Positions 20,364 through 30,079 of a stretch of DNA of 57,599 bases are shown piece by piece. The stretch covers positions 1 through 57,599 of IMG/VR virus record IMGVR_UViG_3300035136_000050; one strand, 5' to 3'. How positions within the stretch are numbered: the first letter of the stretch is position 1; each line of letters starts with the position of its first letter. This DNA is from a virus. Its lineage: Duplodnaviria; Caudoviricetes. Position numbers and translations under genes: made by a program. The notes beneath the pieces were generated by a model. It was not told the DNA's origin and ran no database searches. It worked only from the letters and a program-made list of their open reading frames with translations.

Positions 20364-21830
20364 TTAGAATGCTAACGGTTTGTGGTAGACCTCGGCGTCT
20401 ACGAATTGGGTTAGATGTTTGCGGAAGAAGAGTTGGACGACGCCGGTGGGGCCGTGGCGCTGCTTGGCGATGATGACGTCGGCGATGTTTTTTAGCTCGG
20501 TGTCTGGGTTGTAGAGTTCGTCGCGGTAGAGGAAAAGGACGACGTCGGCGTCTTGTTCCAGGGCACCGCTGTCACGTAGATCGCTCAGGATAGGGCGCTT
20601 GTCGTAGCGTTGCTCGACGGCGCGGGAGAGCTGGCTGGCGACGACAAGGGGCACGTGCAGCTCGCGGGCGAGTTGTTTTAGTTCGCGGCTGATTTCGGAG
20701 ACGGCCTGGACGCGGTTTTCGGTGTGACCGTCGCTGGTCATTAGCTGGAGATAGTCTACCATGATCAGGTCGAGGCCATATTCTGCGTGCATGCGGCGGG
20801 TTTTGGCGCGGAGCTGCAAGGGCGATATGCCAGGGGTGTCGTCAATGAAGATCAGGGTCTCTGACAAGCGCCCGGCAGCCTCGGTGAACTTGGGCCACTC
20901 GTCGTCGTGCAGGTTGGCGGTGCGCAGGCGCTGGCTATCAATGCCGGTTTCGGCGGAGACGAGGCGCTGGACGAGTTGTTCGTTGGACATTTCAAGGCTG
21001 AAAAAGGCGACGCGCTGCTGGTATTGGCGAGCGGCGGTGAGGGCCAGGTTGAGCAGGAAGCTGGTTTTGCCGACGCCGGGGCGGGCGGCGACGATGATCA
21101 CGTCTGATTTTTGGAGTCCGCCGAGGAGTTTGTCCAGGTCTATAAAGCCGGTGGGGATGCCGAGTGGCTCTCCCTGGTGGGCGTGCAGGTATTCTATGCG
21201 GTCGTAGTAGGCGGCCAGGAGTTTGTTTAGCGGGGTGAGGTCGTGCTCACGCTGGGTGTTTGAGACGGCGAATAGGGCGGCCTCGGCCTGGTCCAGGAGT
21301 TCCTCGACTGGGCGGTCCAGTTGCCAGGCGAGGGAGGCGATGTCGCTGGCGGCGGTGATCAGGCGGCGGCGCAGGGCGGCGCGCATGACGATGTGCGCGT
21401 AGGCGGGGGCGTGCAGGGCGGTGGGGACGGTGTTGACGAGGGTAGAGAGGTAGGCGGGGCCGCCGATTTTAGCGAGCTGGTCGCGGGCTTGGAGTTCGTC
21501 GCAGAGGGTGACGAGGTCGGGCTGCACGCGCTGGGAGTGCAGGTGTTGGATGGCGTCGTAAATCCAGCCGTGGCGGACGATGTAGAAATCGCTGGCGCTG
21601 AGGATGGGTTCGATTTCGTTGATGATGGTGGGGTCTATGAGGAGCGCGCCCAAGACGGACTCCTCGGCGTCCAGGTTGTGGGGGACGGATTTTTTGGGCT
21701 GGGTATTGGATATTGGATATTGGGTATTGTCGTCGTGCTCGGGTGGCGGTGATGTGTTGAGATCGAAGGGGGGAGCCTCGGGCACGGTTTGGGTTCCTTC
21801 GACAGGCCCAGGATGATAATTGTTGGTCAT
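20364..21830 (-). CDS. dnaB: Replicative DNA helicase
   Basis: PHNLDAEESVLG, AARPGVGKT, FSLEMS, VDYLQL, SQLSR, LRDSGALEQDAD. Confidence 0.97.
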   Translation of the reverse strand: MTNNYHPGPVEGTQTVPEAPPFDLNTSPPPEHDDNTQYPISNTQPKKSVPHNLDAEESVLGALLIDPTIINEIEPILSASDFYIVRHGWIYDAIQHLHSQRVQPDLVTLCDELQARDQLAKIGGPAYLSTLVNTVPTALHAPAYAHIVMRAALRRRLITAASDIASLAWQLDRPVEELLDQAEAALFAVSNTQREHDLTPLNKLLAAYYDRIEYLHAHQGEPLGIPTGFIDLDKLLGGLQKSDVIIVAARPGVGKTSFLLNLALTAARQYQQRVAFFSLEMSNEQLVQRLVSAETGIDSQRLRTANLHDDEWPKFTEAAGRLSETLIFIDDTPGISPLQLRAKTRRMHAEYGLDLIMVDYLQLMTSDGHTENRVQAVSEISRELKQLARELHVPLVVASQLSRAVEQRYDKRPILSDLRDSGALEQDADVVLFLYRDELYNPDTELKNIADVIIAKQRHGPTGVVQLFFRKHLTQFVDAEVYHKPLAF

Positions 21831-22555
21831 TTCCAGAGTCCTTTTTCACGGTGTTTGGGGGCGATCCAGGGGACGCCTAGTTCGGTGAAAACGTCTTGTT
21901 CGTCGGGGGTGGTGAGGCGACCGCCGTGTCGCCAGAGGCGACGGTCGCGGCAGCGCATGTTGCCGGGGAGAGCGCCGCCCTGGGCCTGGGGTGTGAACAG
22001 CCAGCGGGCAAAGTCGGCGCTGCCGGTGCGCTGGGTGAAAATGACGCCCCAGGAGTCGAGGTTGGTGATGAACAGGTCGAGCTGGACGTCGTAGGGGGGA
22101 ACGATGAATTTTTTATAGCGGTCGCCTTGCTTGTCGCCGGGGACGAGACGGCCGGCGGCGACGAGACGGTCCAGGGCAAAGTCGAGGCGGGACTGCTGGC
22201 CGTAGACCTCGCTGAATAGATTGGTTAGCGGGTCATAGTGAGGGATGGCGACGAGTTCGATGTCGCCGATGTAGGTACACTGGCGGCGGAGGCTGCCGGC
22301 GATCTGGAGACGGGCGCAGGCAGGGGCCAGGGCACGAGTGAGTTCCTGGGCCTGGGCCAGGGCGTCGTCGTAGGAGAGTTTGAGTTTCATCGGTTCACCT
22401 CGCAGGGTTTTGTAATACTCGGGGCGGGTGATGTGTTCGAGTTTGTTGATGCCCAGGTTGAGGGCGTCGAACAGGCCCGAGGGGAAGACGCGCAGGATGC
22501 GATAGAGGGCGCGGCCCTGGGTGCTATGAATGTAGGAGTGGGATTGGATGGTCAT
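21827..22555 (-). CDS. Minimal X-family DNA polymerase (alternative start 22390)
   Basis: IAGSLRR...GDIELV, LDLF, RTGSADF, EQDVF-ELG-PWI-P-R. Confidence 0.8.
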   Translation of the reverse strand: MTIQSHSYIHSTQGRALYRILRVFPSGLFDALNLGINKLEHITRPEYYKTLRGEPMKLKLSYDDALAQAQELTRALAPACARLQIAGSLRRQCTYIGDIELVAIPHYDPLTNLFSEVYGQQSRLDFALDRLVAAGRLVPGDKQGDRYKKFIVPPYDVQLDLFITNLDSWGVIFTQRTGSADFARWLFTPQAQGGALPGNMRCRDRRLWRHGGRLTTPDEQDVFTELGVPWIAPKHREKGLWK

Positions 22556-23376
22556 TGTCCCCCCCGGGCCCCCCCAGAGGGGGGGGAGATTTGAGCGCCG
22601 TAGGGCGGGGCGAGGATGGCTAGATGGATGCAGTGATTTTTATCTATGATGCGCGTGAAAAGACGCGGGTCGTGTTTTTCTAGCTCGTCGAGGGTGAGGG
22701 CGGTGGTGATGACGGTGGGCAGGTGGGCGACGTAGCGATGGTCGAGGAGCTGGTACAGCTTTTCCTGCGCCCAGGGCGTGGCGCTGTGCGCGCCCAGGTC
22801 GTCGAGGATGAGGAGAGGGGCGCAGCGGACGGCGTCAAAGCGGGCGTCGTAGGTGGTGTTGCTGGCGGGGTTGAAGGCGGCGCGCAGGTGGTCGAGCAGG
22901 TCGGCGACGGTGTAGAGCAGGGCGGGCTGCAGCTCGACGGCGACGCGGTGGTTGGCGATGGCGGCGGCGAGGTGGGTCTTGCCGCTGCCGTGGGGGCCGA
23001 ATAATAGGAGCCAGTCGAGCGGGTCGCGGGCGTAGGCGCGAGCACGGTCGAGGGCGCGGGATAGGCGGCGGCGCTCGTCGGGGGGGAGATCGGGACGAGC
23101 GGGCTGGAAGACGTCGAAGGTTTGGTCGGCGTGCAGGGGGAGAGTGCCAAAGGCGCTGAGGCGATGGGCGCGGCGCTGGGCCAGGGTCGCGGCCTGGCAG
23201 GTGCAGGGGATGAGTTTGCCAAAGTTTGGGTCGGTGGTGGGGAGGTCGGGGCGGAGGTAGCCCAGGCCGCCACAGGTGGGGCAAGTGGATATTGGGTCCC
23301 CTCGACTAGCTCGGGGTGATAATTGGGTATTAGGTATTGGGCGTTGAGCTAATTGCACATCTGTTTGTAGGTTCAT
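22552..23376 (-). CDS. DnaC/IstB-like ATPase (helicase loader)
   Basis: CxxC...CxC; GPHGSGKTHLA; LILDDLG; upstream of dnaB. Confidence 0.88.
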   Translation of the reverse strand: MNLQTDVQLAQRPIPNTQLSPRASRGDPISTCPTCGGLGYLRPDLPTTDPNFGKLIPCTCQAATLAQRRAHRLSAFGTLPLHADQTFDVFQPARPDLPPDERRRLSRALDRARAYARDPLDWLLLFGPHGSGKTHLAAAIANHRVAVELQPALLYTVADLLDHLRAAFNPASNTTYDARFDAVRCAPLLILDDLGAHSATPWAQEKLYQLLDHRYVAHLPTVITTALTLDELEKHDPRLFTRIIDKNHCIHLAILAPPYGAQISPPSGGARGGQ

Positions 23377-23401
23377 TGAATGTTCTCCATTTCGGCTAAC
23401 A

Positions 23402-23474
23402 TGTTACTTGTTACTTGTTTTTTTGGGTTTTCTCGTTTTGGGGCCAAAGTGAAAAAAACAAGTAACAAGTAACA
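23402..23474. repeat. AT-rich 23-bp inverted repeat, candidate origin/terminator
   Basis: TGTTACTTGTTACTTGTTTTTTT ... AAAAAAACAAGTAACAAGTAACA. Confidence 0.75.
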
Positions 23475-23489
23475 AGTTCGATATCTTTG

Positions 23490-24755
23490 CTAATCTGCCA
23501 AAGTCCAACAATTCTCTGGTGCATGTGGGTTGTCGGGTATGGTATTTATAATCAGTTCAGCCAGTTCTTGTTTAGCTTTGTAGACAGTACTGCGACTGTA
23601 GTTTTCCGGGTGTTCGTCGGCTAACTGGAAAATCTCGCTGGATTTGCGCGGCTTGCCGTCAGAGAGCAAATCCAATAACCACTCAGCGCAGGTCTGACGT
23701 TTGCTAGGCTTTTGGTATGGGTCGGGCGGCTCGACGAACTTGACCTGGGCGACGTCGCGGTTGGCCGGGTGGGGCACGAGCTGGACGCCTAGTTTGTCGG
23801 GATGGCGGGCGATGTTGTTTTTGAGGTGCCAGAATAAACGCGGCCCGTTAGGATCGGCTTGCTCGCTGGTGGGAATCCACTGCATACCCCAAACGATACT
23901 GGCCATGGATACGAGATGGGTCGAGCCGCGAACGCGGTCGAGGGACATGGGCAGGTAGCTGGCCTGGGCGGGCTTGTTGAGGTGATGGATGAGGAGCAGG
24001 CTCAGACCGAATTCCAGGGCGATCTGGTTGTAAAAGGCGACGGAAGGGTGGATATCTTCTTTGGAGTTCTCGCCGCGACTGGAGGCGCTGCCGAAGGAAT
24101 CCACAATGAGCAGGGCGGGGTTGATGGACCAGAGCATGTCCAGGAGCGTGGCCTGGTCGTCGGGCTGGTCGAGATGGATGTAGCCCCGGTCGGGACGGGG
24201 GATGAACAGGTATAGGTTTTCGAGGTCGGCGGCGGGCCAGACTGCAAAACGTTGTTTGTTGATGGCGGGGCGGTTCTCGGCGTCCACCCAGAGCACGCGG
24301 CCCGGGGGGACGGTGACGCCGTTGGGGAACTCGTCGCCCTGACAGACTATCTGGGCAATGGCCTGGGCCAGGTAGCTTTTGCCTGTTCCGGGAGCGCCGG
24401 CCAGGAGGGTCCAGAGGGACTGGGGAAGCCAGTCCTGCCAGAGCCAGGTGTAGTCTGGGAGCTGGTCGAGGATGGCGAGGGCGGAGCGGTAATCGGGCGG
24501 GTTGTCTATGGCGCGGGTGATGGCGGCGAGGTTGAGCATTTCGCGCTCGTCGCGCTGGCTGAGGAACGACGTGAACCAGGCCAGGTAGTGGTCCTGTTGG
24601 CCTGGAGAGGCGAGGATGTTGTTCAGGATGTATTGGTAGTAGTCAGTCCAGGGGGGAGTGAGGCGGGCCTGGATGTCGGGGGCGAGGGGAGTGGTGGAGC
24701 GCCCGGCGAGATAATCGGCTATTTTGCGGGTGATGAGTGGTAATGAGAGGTTCAT
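23490..24755 (-). CDS. RepA/AAA_25-type helicase
   Basis: WLWQDWLP, GAPGTGKS, VDAEN, IVDS, IHHLNK, RGS. Confidence 0.82.
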   Translation of the reverse strand: MNLSLPLITRKIADYLAGRSTTPLAPDIQARLTPPWTDYYQYILNNILASPGQQDHYLAWFTSFLSQRDEREMLNLAAITRAIDNPPDYRSALAILDQLPDYTWLWQDWLPQSLWTLLAGAPGTGKSYLAQAIAQIVCQGDEFPNGVTVPPGRVLWVDAENRPAINKQRFAVWPAADLENLYLFIPRPDRGYIHLDQPDDQATLLDMLWSINPALLIVDSFGSASSRGENSKEDIHPSVAFYNQIALEFGLSLLLIHHLNKPAQASYLPMSLDRVRGSTHLVSMASIVWGMQWIPTSEQADPNGPRLFWHLKNNIARHPDKLGVQLVPHPANRDVAQVKFVEPPDPYQKPSKRQTCAEWLLDLLSDGKPRKSSEIFQLADEHPENYSRSTVYKAKQELAELIINTIPDNPHAPENCWTLAD

Positions 24756-24771
24756 GATTTCTCCTGTGGCT

Positions 24772-24798
24772 GCGCATGTAATAAAGCGTTATGTGCCC
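24772..24798 (+). other. dif/lox-like site E
   Basis: GCGCATGTAA-TAAAGCG-TTATGTGCCC; its TTA is the stop codon of the ASCH gene. Confidence 0.8.
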
Positions 24799-25058
24799 TG
24801 GTGGGGAGTGGTGCGTTCTGGGTCGTGGACGATGTAGACGGCGTCGTACACGAGGATTTTGTCGGCGTCTACGATGGGGTAGATGGCGGCAAGGGTGGCG
24901 ATGGCGATGACTCTGCCGGCGGGGAGTTTGTAGGGCGAGTCGTAGCCGGCGGCGGCCAGGGGGCCACGGTAGGAGGCGGCCCAGGAGCGGGTTTCGATTT
25001 GTTTGGCTCCGAGGGCGACGAGGGTGGCCCAGGGCTGGTGGAGGGTGAGGGTTTTCAT
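24789..25058 (-). CDS. ASCH domain protein (short)
   Basis: MKTLTLHQPWATLVALGAKQIETRSW...YRGPLA. Confidence 0.8.
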   Translation of the reverse strand: MKTLTLHQPWATLVALGAKQIETRSWAASYRGPLAAAGYDSPYKLPAGRVIAIATLAAIYPIVDADKILVYDAVYIVHDPERTTPHQGT

Positions 25059-25510
25059 TGGGTCTCCTGGGTATTGGGTATTGGAGATTGGATATTGGGC
25101 TTGACAATGCACGGGGCTAAGGGGAAGTTGCTGTTTGTCCAATGTACGCAGTCAAAGGTTCCAGGTAATGATAGAATTGAGTTGGGAATGGCATAGGAGC
25201 CGTGGCGGATTTGGTATCCTTTGTCTTGCAAGTGTTCTTTGACTAGATCATGCATTTTAAACATACCGTCATAAATGCTTTGGTCGCGGGGTGTTATTGG
25301 TGCATTGTTGGCCCAGCCTATTGTTCGTTTGTATTTGAGCCAGACCAGGTGATTGTGTTTATTGAGTGCCTGTAATTCGAGAAATATGTGTTTTTCGAGT
25401 GTGCTCGTTGAGGTGACAGCGGAGAGATTTAGATAGGTGGTGTATATATCAAGTTCGTCTAGGAAATCGGCCAGATTGGTCATGCGTAGGACTGCGGGTA
25501 TGGAGTTCAT
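25055..25510 (-). CDS. Hypothetical protein (AT-richer)
   Basis: Coupled in operon; AAGGAG RBS. Confidence 0.6.
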   Translation of the reverse strand: MNSIPAVLRMTNLADFLDELDIYTTYLNLSAVTSTSTLEKHIFLELQALNKHNHLVWLKYKRTIGWANNAPITPRDQSIYDGMFKMHDLVKEHLQDKGYQIRHGSYAIPNSILSLPGTFDCVHWTNSNFPLAPCIVKPNIQSPIPNTQETQ

Positions 25511-26055
25511 GAGTGGTCTCCTTTGGAACACGGATTGGCGGAATGGGCGGATAGGTCCAGGGAGAGTTGGGTGTTGTGGGGGGAGGGCCTATCCAGGATC
25601 AGGGCGGCGAAATGCCAGGCGTTGTAAAAGATGGACCATTGGCCGGTGTAGTGGGCCGGGTTGGGGGTCCAGATAGCGATGTTGGTCGTGTGGGCGTAGG
25701 CGGCGGCGGGGATGATGAAATAGTGCAGCGCGATTTGGGCCTGGCAGGCGAAGATGAGCAGGTCGGCCTGGTGGTTGCGGATGGCGGCCTGGTAGCGGCC
25801 GGATTTGTAGGTGGCGGCTTTGATTTCGACGCGGTGGCCGTTTACGGTGAGGTCCCAGGGGGCGTTGTAGCCGTTGCGCTGGACGTGGTAGCCGGCGCGT
25901 TCGAGGCGGAGCTGGACGAGGCGCTCGACGCGGCCGGCGAGTTCTTTGCGTGGGTCGGTGGAGTTGGCGCGGGTGTGCGTGAAGCGACGACGGGCCAGGA
26001 ACTGGCGGAAGCGGCGGTGCATTTGGTAGAGGGGGTATTCGGGATCGTTGATCAT
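25507..26055 (-). CDS. Putative PD-(D/E)xK nuclease
   Basis: E...PWDLTVNGHRVEIKAA. Confidence 0.55.
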   Translation of the reverse strand: MINDPEYPLYQMHRRFRQFLARRRFTHTRANSTDPRKELAGRVERLVQLRLERAGYHVQRNGYNAPWDLTVNGHRVEIKAATYKSGRYQAAIRNHQADLLIFACQAQIALHYFIIPAAAYAHTTNIAIWTPNPAHYTGQWSIFYNAWHFAALILDRPSPHNTQLSLDLSAHSANPCSKGDHS

Positions 26056-28058
26056 TTCCCCCCCTCGGTCCCCCCCTGGGGGGGGGAAGTTTGGTCGCGC
26101 AGGGTTTCTAGTTTGGATTGCAGGGCGATGATGAGTGTGGCTAGAACTGAGTGTTGATCGCTGGGTGGACACTCGCGCAGTTCGTCCCGCAGACGTTGCA
26201 GGTTGGTGATGTTGCCCACGATGGCCCTGGGGTCAGGGTCGGGTGGGAGGGCGAGATACCATTCCCGGATGCGATCGAACTGGCGGTTGATTTTGTCGAG
26301 CGGGTTGGAATTGGGACCTGGTGCAGAATTATCGGCGCGTTCGATGGCGGCGACAAGGTCGGGAGTAATGGCGAGTTGAGTGTCGGCGTCGCAGCGGCGA
26401 TGGCGCGCGAGTTCTAACGCGGCTTCAATGCGGTTGGGGTCGTGAATGGCGCAGAAATGCCTGGACTCGGCGGACGTGCCGGATAGGATTTCGCGGATGA
26501 GGGCGATGGCATTGATGGGGACGTTTAGTTCGCTGGCGAGTTGCGCGTGGGTTTTGCGTACCGAGTCGGGCCAGGGCAGGGGGAGACCGAGTTCCTCGAA
26601 GGCGTGGGCGATGGTGGATTGGGCGGGCTTGGGTTGATCGTGTTGCCAGCGCAAGTTGGGGAGCAGCTCGCTGGCGATTTTATATTGGATGTAGTCCAAG
26701 TTCCAGTCCTGGCCCTTGCCGGTGTAGGCGTGGTTGAGTCTCGCCAGGAGCAGTCGCCAGACTCCGAGGTGGTTGGCGGCGAGGGCGTTGGCGAGAGCCT
26801 GGAAGGCCGGGTCCGCTAGTTGATGGACGAGCTTTTCGCGCTCGCGGCGGGCCTGGAGATCGGGGTCGCTGGCGTTGCGCTCGCGGGTTTGGGCGGCTTT
26901 TTTAGAGGCGATGCAGGTGCAACGCTCGCCCTCGCCATGGTGACAGACGACGCGGACATCCTCGAAACCTGGAATGGAGTCTGATTGGCGTCGGAATGGA
27001 TTGCGGTCGTATTCGAGACGCAGGCGCTGGTGTGGGCAGCCCTCGTCCAGGATTTCGGCGAGCAAGGTTGCCTCGTCGGCGCTGTAAAATGCGTGGCGAG
27101 TGTTATAGTTTGATTCTGCCGGGTCGAGACGCGGGATGCCGGAAGCGGCCTCGGCCTGGGTTAGACAAAGGTCAGCCCACAATTCCTGCTTGAGGTTGAG
27201 ACAGGATTCGTCAGGGCAGCGTTGTTGATTGCCGTGTTTGACGCGGATGGCGCAGTCCGCGCAGGCGTGTTGTTGCAGGCGCGTGGCTTGCTCATCGTCC
27301 ACCTCGAACCAGTGGTCGAGGGGGAATGGCACGTCTTTGAGGGAGGTGGTGGCGTTGGTGACAATGTTGTTGGCACGGTCGCGGATGTCGTTGGAGCTGA
27401 GGTCGTCGTTGATGGCGGATTCTAGCAGATCCCGGGGTTTAATGCTCCAGTGGGTGTTGGCCTTGGCCTGGGCCGGTTCGGGGAGGCTCAGGACGGGCAT
27501 GAGGGCGACGGCCTGGCGCTCGGAGAGCTGGCGCTGTTGCAGGGCGATCTGGACGTCGTCGGGGAGGCGCAGCAGGCGGAGTTTGTTGGCGATGGTGGAG
27601 CGGTCGAGGCCGAGGCGGTCGGCAAGTTGGGCCTGGGTCCAGGAAAACGATTCCAGCATGTGCTGGAAGGCCAGGGCTTCCTCAATGGGGGTGAGGTCTT
27701 TACGGGCGGCGTTTTCGGTCCAGGCGGATGTGGCCATTTCTTCGTCGTCAAAGGACACCAGGTCCAGGGGCATTTGAGCATAGTCGGGGTCGCCGGGGAA
27801 GGCGTCGTCGTCGCCCTGGGCCAGGAGGCGGAAGGCGGCGAGGCGGTTGTGGCCGTAGGCGAGCTGGACGCGCGCGCCGTCGCCGGATTGGCCGGGGACG
27901 AAGCGAGCGGCGGGGACCTGGAGCAGTCCGAGGGTTTCGGGGCGGCTGGCTTTGCGGCTGGCGATGTCCACGGCCAGGTCGCGGACGTGGAATTCGTCGA
28001 GAGACTGGCGGGTCTGCCAGGGGTTGGGTTCGATTTGGGAGAGGGGGATGTGGATCAT
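26052..28058 (-). CDS. parB: ParB/Spo0J-family protein with long C-terminal extension
   Basis: IEPNPWQTR, GHNR, ENAARKDLTPIEEA, HTH TQAQLADRLGLDRSTIANKLRLL. Confidence 0.88.
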   Translation of the reverse strand: MIHIPLSQIEPNPWQTRQSLDEFHVRDLAVDIASRKASRPETLGLLQVPAARFVPGQSGDGARVQLAYGHNRLAAFRLLAQGDDDAFPGDPDYAQMPLDLVSFDDEEMATSAWTENAARKDLTPIEEALAFQHMLESFSWTQAQLADRLGLDRSTIANKLRLLRLPDDVQIALQQRQLSERQAVALMPVLSLPEPAQAKANTHWSIKPRDLLESAINDDLSSNDIRDRANNIVTNATTSLKDVPFPLDHWFEVDDEQATRLQQHACADCAIRVKHGNQQRCPDESCLNLKQELWADLCLTQAEAASGIPRLDPAESNYNTRHAFYSADEATLLAEILDEGCPHQRLRLEYDRNPFRRQSDSIPGFEDVRVVCHHGEGERCTCIASKKAAQTRERNASDPDLQARREREKLVHQLADPAFQALANALAANHLGVWRLLLARLNHAYTGKGQDWNLDYIQYKIASELLPNLRWQHDQPKPAQSTIAHAFEELGLPLPWPDSVRKTHAQLASELNVPINAIALIREILSGTSAESRHFCAIHDPNRIEAALELARHRRCDADTQLAITPDLVAAIERADNSAPGPNSNPLDKINRQFDRIREWYLALPPDPDPRAIVGNITNLQRLRDELRECPPSDQHSVLATLIIALQSKLETLRDQTSPPQGGTEGGK

Positions 28059-28354
28059 GATAGCGTCTCCTTTCCTTCGACTAGCTCAGGATGAACACGG
28101 ATTTGCGGAATGGGCGGATTGTTTGCGCGCAAACGTCGCGCGGCGCGCAAACACCCGTTGCCGGGTTGGATGATGGATAGTGGAACGTAGACGAGCTGGT
28201 CGCTGGTGTTGCGTTGTAGCCAGTCGTCTAATAGTTGGCGCTCGTCGGATCCGTAGACCTGGGGGAGGGCGGCCTCGAGGAGGGCGACCAGGTCCACGCG
28301 GACGTCGAGCTGGGTGGGACTGGGTAGAGGCTGGCGGGCGATGATGGTGGTCAT
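28055..28354 (-). CDS. Hypothetical protein
   Basis: Coupled; C-terminal third is encoded by repeat elements. Confidence 0.5.
   Translation of the reverse strand: MTTIIARQPLPSPTQLDVRVDLVALLEAALPQVYGSDERQLLDDWLQRNTSDQLVYVPLSIIQPGNGCLRAARRLRANNPPIPQIRVHPELVEGKETLS
28120..28153. promoter_or_regulatory. parS-like palindrome plus half site upstream of parB
   Basis: TGTTTGCGCGCAAACG...GCGCGCAAACA, about 60 bp from the parB start. Confidence 0.6.
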
Positions 28355-28605
28355 TGGCCCCCCCTTTGTCCCCCCCTGGGGGGGGGAGATTGGGCCGCGC
28401 GCTGGTCGGCGGGGGTGGGTAGATTGAAGAGGCGTTGGTAGCCGGCGGCGGCTCCGTTGACGGGGCGGCCGTTGTGCTGGACGACGAGGCCGCAGGTGGG
28501 GCAGCGGCGGACGTGGAGCAGGCCCTCGCGGCTGGGTGGGAAGCGGTGGGCGGCGGCGGCGTGCTGGCAGTTGGGGCAGATTAGAGTCGGGATACGGGCC
28601 ATCAC
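28351..28605 (-). CDS. Small Zn-ribbon protein
   Basis: CPNC...CPTCG. Confidence 0.55.
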   Translation of the reverse strand: MMARIPTLICPNCQHAAAAHRFPPSREGLLHVRRCPTCGLVVQHNGRPVNGAAAGYQRLFNLPTPADQRAAQSPPPRGGQRGGQ

Positions 28606-28907
28606 GCCACCACCTGGATGTTGCGCTCGTGGGCGGAGCGGTTGAGCTGGCCGGGGACGGCGATGGCCCAGTAGCCGGGGATGTCCAGGGGGTAGAGGAC
28701 GTGACCGGGGATGCCGTGGACGGTGACGCTGTCGCCGGGCGTGATGGGCCTGGCGCTGGATGTCTCGGCGGATTGGGGCTGAGCGGCGTCTGGGTCTGGG
28801 ATATGGAGTGTTTGCCAGAGGGCGCGCAGATGGCCGGGCAGATCGCCGTGGGCGCGAGTGTCGGCCAGGGTGCTCTTGAGTTCGTGAATGGTTGCCAGGG
28901 GTTGCAT
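28602..28907 (-). CDS. Hypothetical protein
   Basis: AAGGAG RBS; coupled. Confidence 0.55.
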   Translation of the reverse strand: MQPLATIHELKSTLADTRAHGDLPGHLRALWQTLHIPDPDAAQPQSAETSSARPITPGDSVTVHGIPGHVLYPLDIPGYWAIAVPGQLNRSAHERNIQVVA

Positions 28908-28957
28908 TTTTTGGGTCTCCTTGTATACTAGGGACGAATGGAATGTTCGTCCGGGTT

Positions 28958-29200
28958 CTATTCGTCGCCGCTGGTGGCAGCCAGCGGCGTTTCTCTTGTT
29001 ACGATGCGCTCTAGTTCCTGGATGGCTTCCAGGTTCTCGGCCAGGGCTAGAGTGGCCTTGGTGAGCGCGATGCTCAACGCGCGGGAGTTGCCCGCGTTGT
29101 CGAGGATTTGTTGAATGGCTACCCGGGCGGCTCTATTCGCTCTCTGCGCCCGGTTGATCTCCTGCCGGAAGATGTAGCCCCCGATGATCGGTTTCGGCAT
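28958..29200 (-). CDS. Hypothetical protein
   Basis: AAGGGG RBS; helical. Confidence 0.55.
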   Translation of the reverse strand: MPKPIIGGYIFRQEINRAQRANRAARVAIQQILDNAGNSRALSIALTKATLALAENLEAIQELERIVTRETPLAATSGDE

Positions 29201-29576
29201 CAGTTTCCCCTTTTAGCCATTGGAGCCAAGACGGCAGCTCCTGGATTAGTGTGTTGGCGGCGCGCTCGTCTCGTTGGCGATGCTGAACGTGGCGGGTGAC
29301 GGAGCCCCAGATCATGGGCAGGCCGCTGGCGATGAAACAGGCCAGCAGGATCGCGCCAAAGGCGAGCGCGGTGGCCAGGTCGGTGAGCGCGGCCTGGATG
29401 ATGACGGCCCCGGTTCCTGTGACGGCGACGCCGGCGACGACGATAAAGGCCATGTAGCCCCGGTCGTGGCCGTAGCGTTCGAGCCAGGCAACAAAGCGGT
29501 TGTAAAATATGCCAAAGGCAAGCAGGAAAGTGCAAACGATACTACTGATGATCCAGAACGATTGATCTGTATTCAT
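29133..29576 (-). CDS. Membrane protein (about 3 TM)
   Basis: Hydrophobic segments; AAGGAG RBS. Confidence 0.6.
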   Translation of the reverse strand: MNTDQSFWIISSIVCTFLLAFGIFYNRFVAWLERYGHDRGYMAFIVVAGVAVTGTGAVIIQAALTDLATALAFGAILLACFIASGLPMIWGSVTRHVQHRQRDERAANTLIQELPSWLQWLKGETDAETDHRGLHLPAGDQPGAESE

Positions 29577-29836
29577 TGGCCTTTTGGTCTCCTTTTCTGG
29601 CCGCGATAGCGCGGGCCGGTTATAATAGAATCGGGCGTGGGGGGACATCGCTGCGTTTTTCAGCAGGGGCCACGTGCCCCGCTCGCGCACGGGTTTCTCG
29701 ACGTCCTGTGTGGATAGCCCCACGCCCGGGGCCCACACTGGTTGTTTTGCTTCGGCACATCTAGGGAACGGTGAGGCAGCAGGTTGGGGGGGGGAACGCT
29801 GCGACCTCACCGGCCCTTAGTTGGGCCGAAACGCCA

Positions 29837-29863
29837 GGATAGATAATTGGTTATTATGTACCC
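29837..29863 (+). other. dif/lox-like site F
   Basis: (CCA)GGATAGATAA-TTGGTTA-TTATGTACCC(TGG). Confidence 0.8.
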
Positions 29864-29887
29864 TGGTTTCGGCAATCTTCGATATGC

Positions 29888-30079
29888 TCAGGACGAACTA
29901 GATTTTTCCCCCACGTGATTTAAATAGAGACTGGTGACGCCGATGTTGGAATGATTCAGCATACGGCAAACTGTTTGTCTGGATTGAGCGCGACGAGTTT
30001 TCCGGCCAGCCAGATAACGCCTGGTGGTGATGAGGCTGGAATGGCCCAACGTCTGAGAGATGCGATTTTTTGTGTTCAT
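29888..30079 (-). CDS. 63-aa protein with two tandem tyrosine-recombinase C-terminal motifs
   Basis: ISQTLGHSSLITTRRYL and VCRMLNHSNIGVTSLYLNH; ATGA-coupled to the recombinase. Confidence 0.7.
   Translation of the reverse strand: MNTKNRISQTLGHSSLITTRRYLAGRKTRRAQSRQTVCRMLNHSNIGVTSLYLNHVGEKSSSS

Noticed and set aside
22552-23376. IS21 element (IstB)
   Set aside because: No IstA transposase; context indicates a helicase loader
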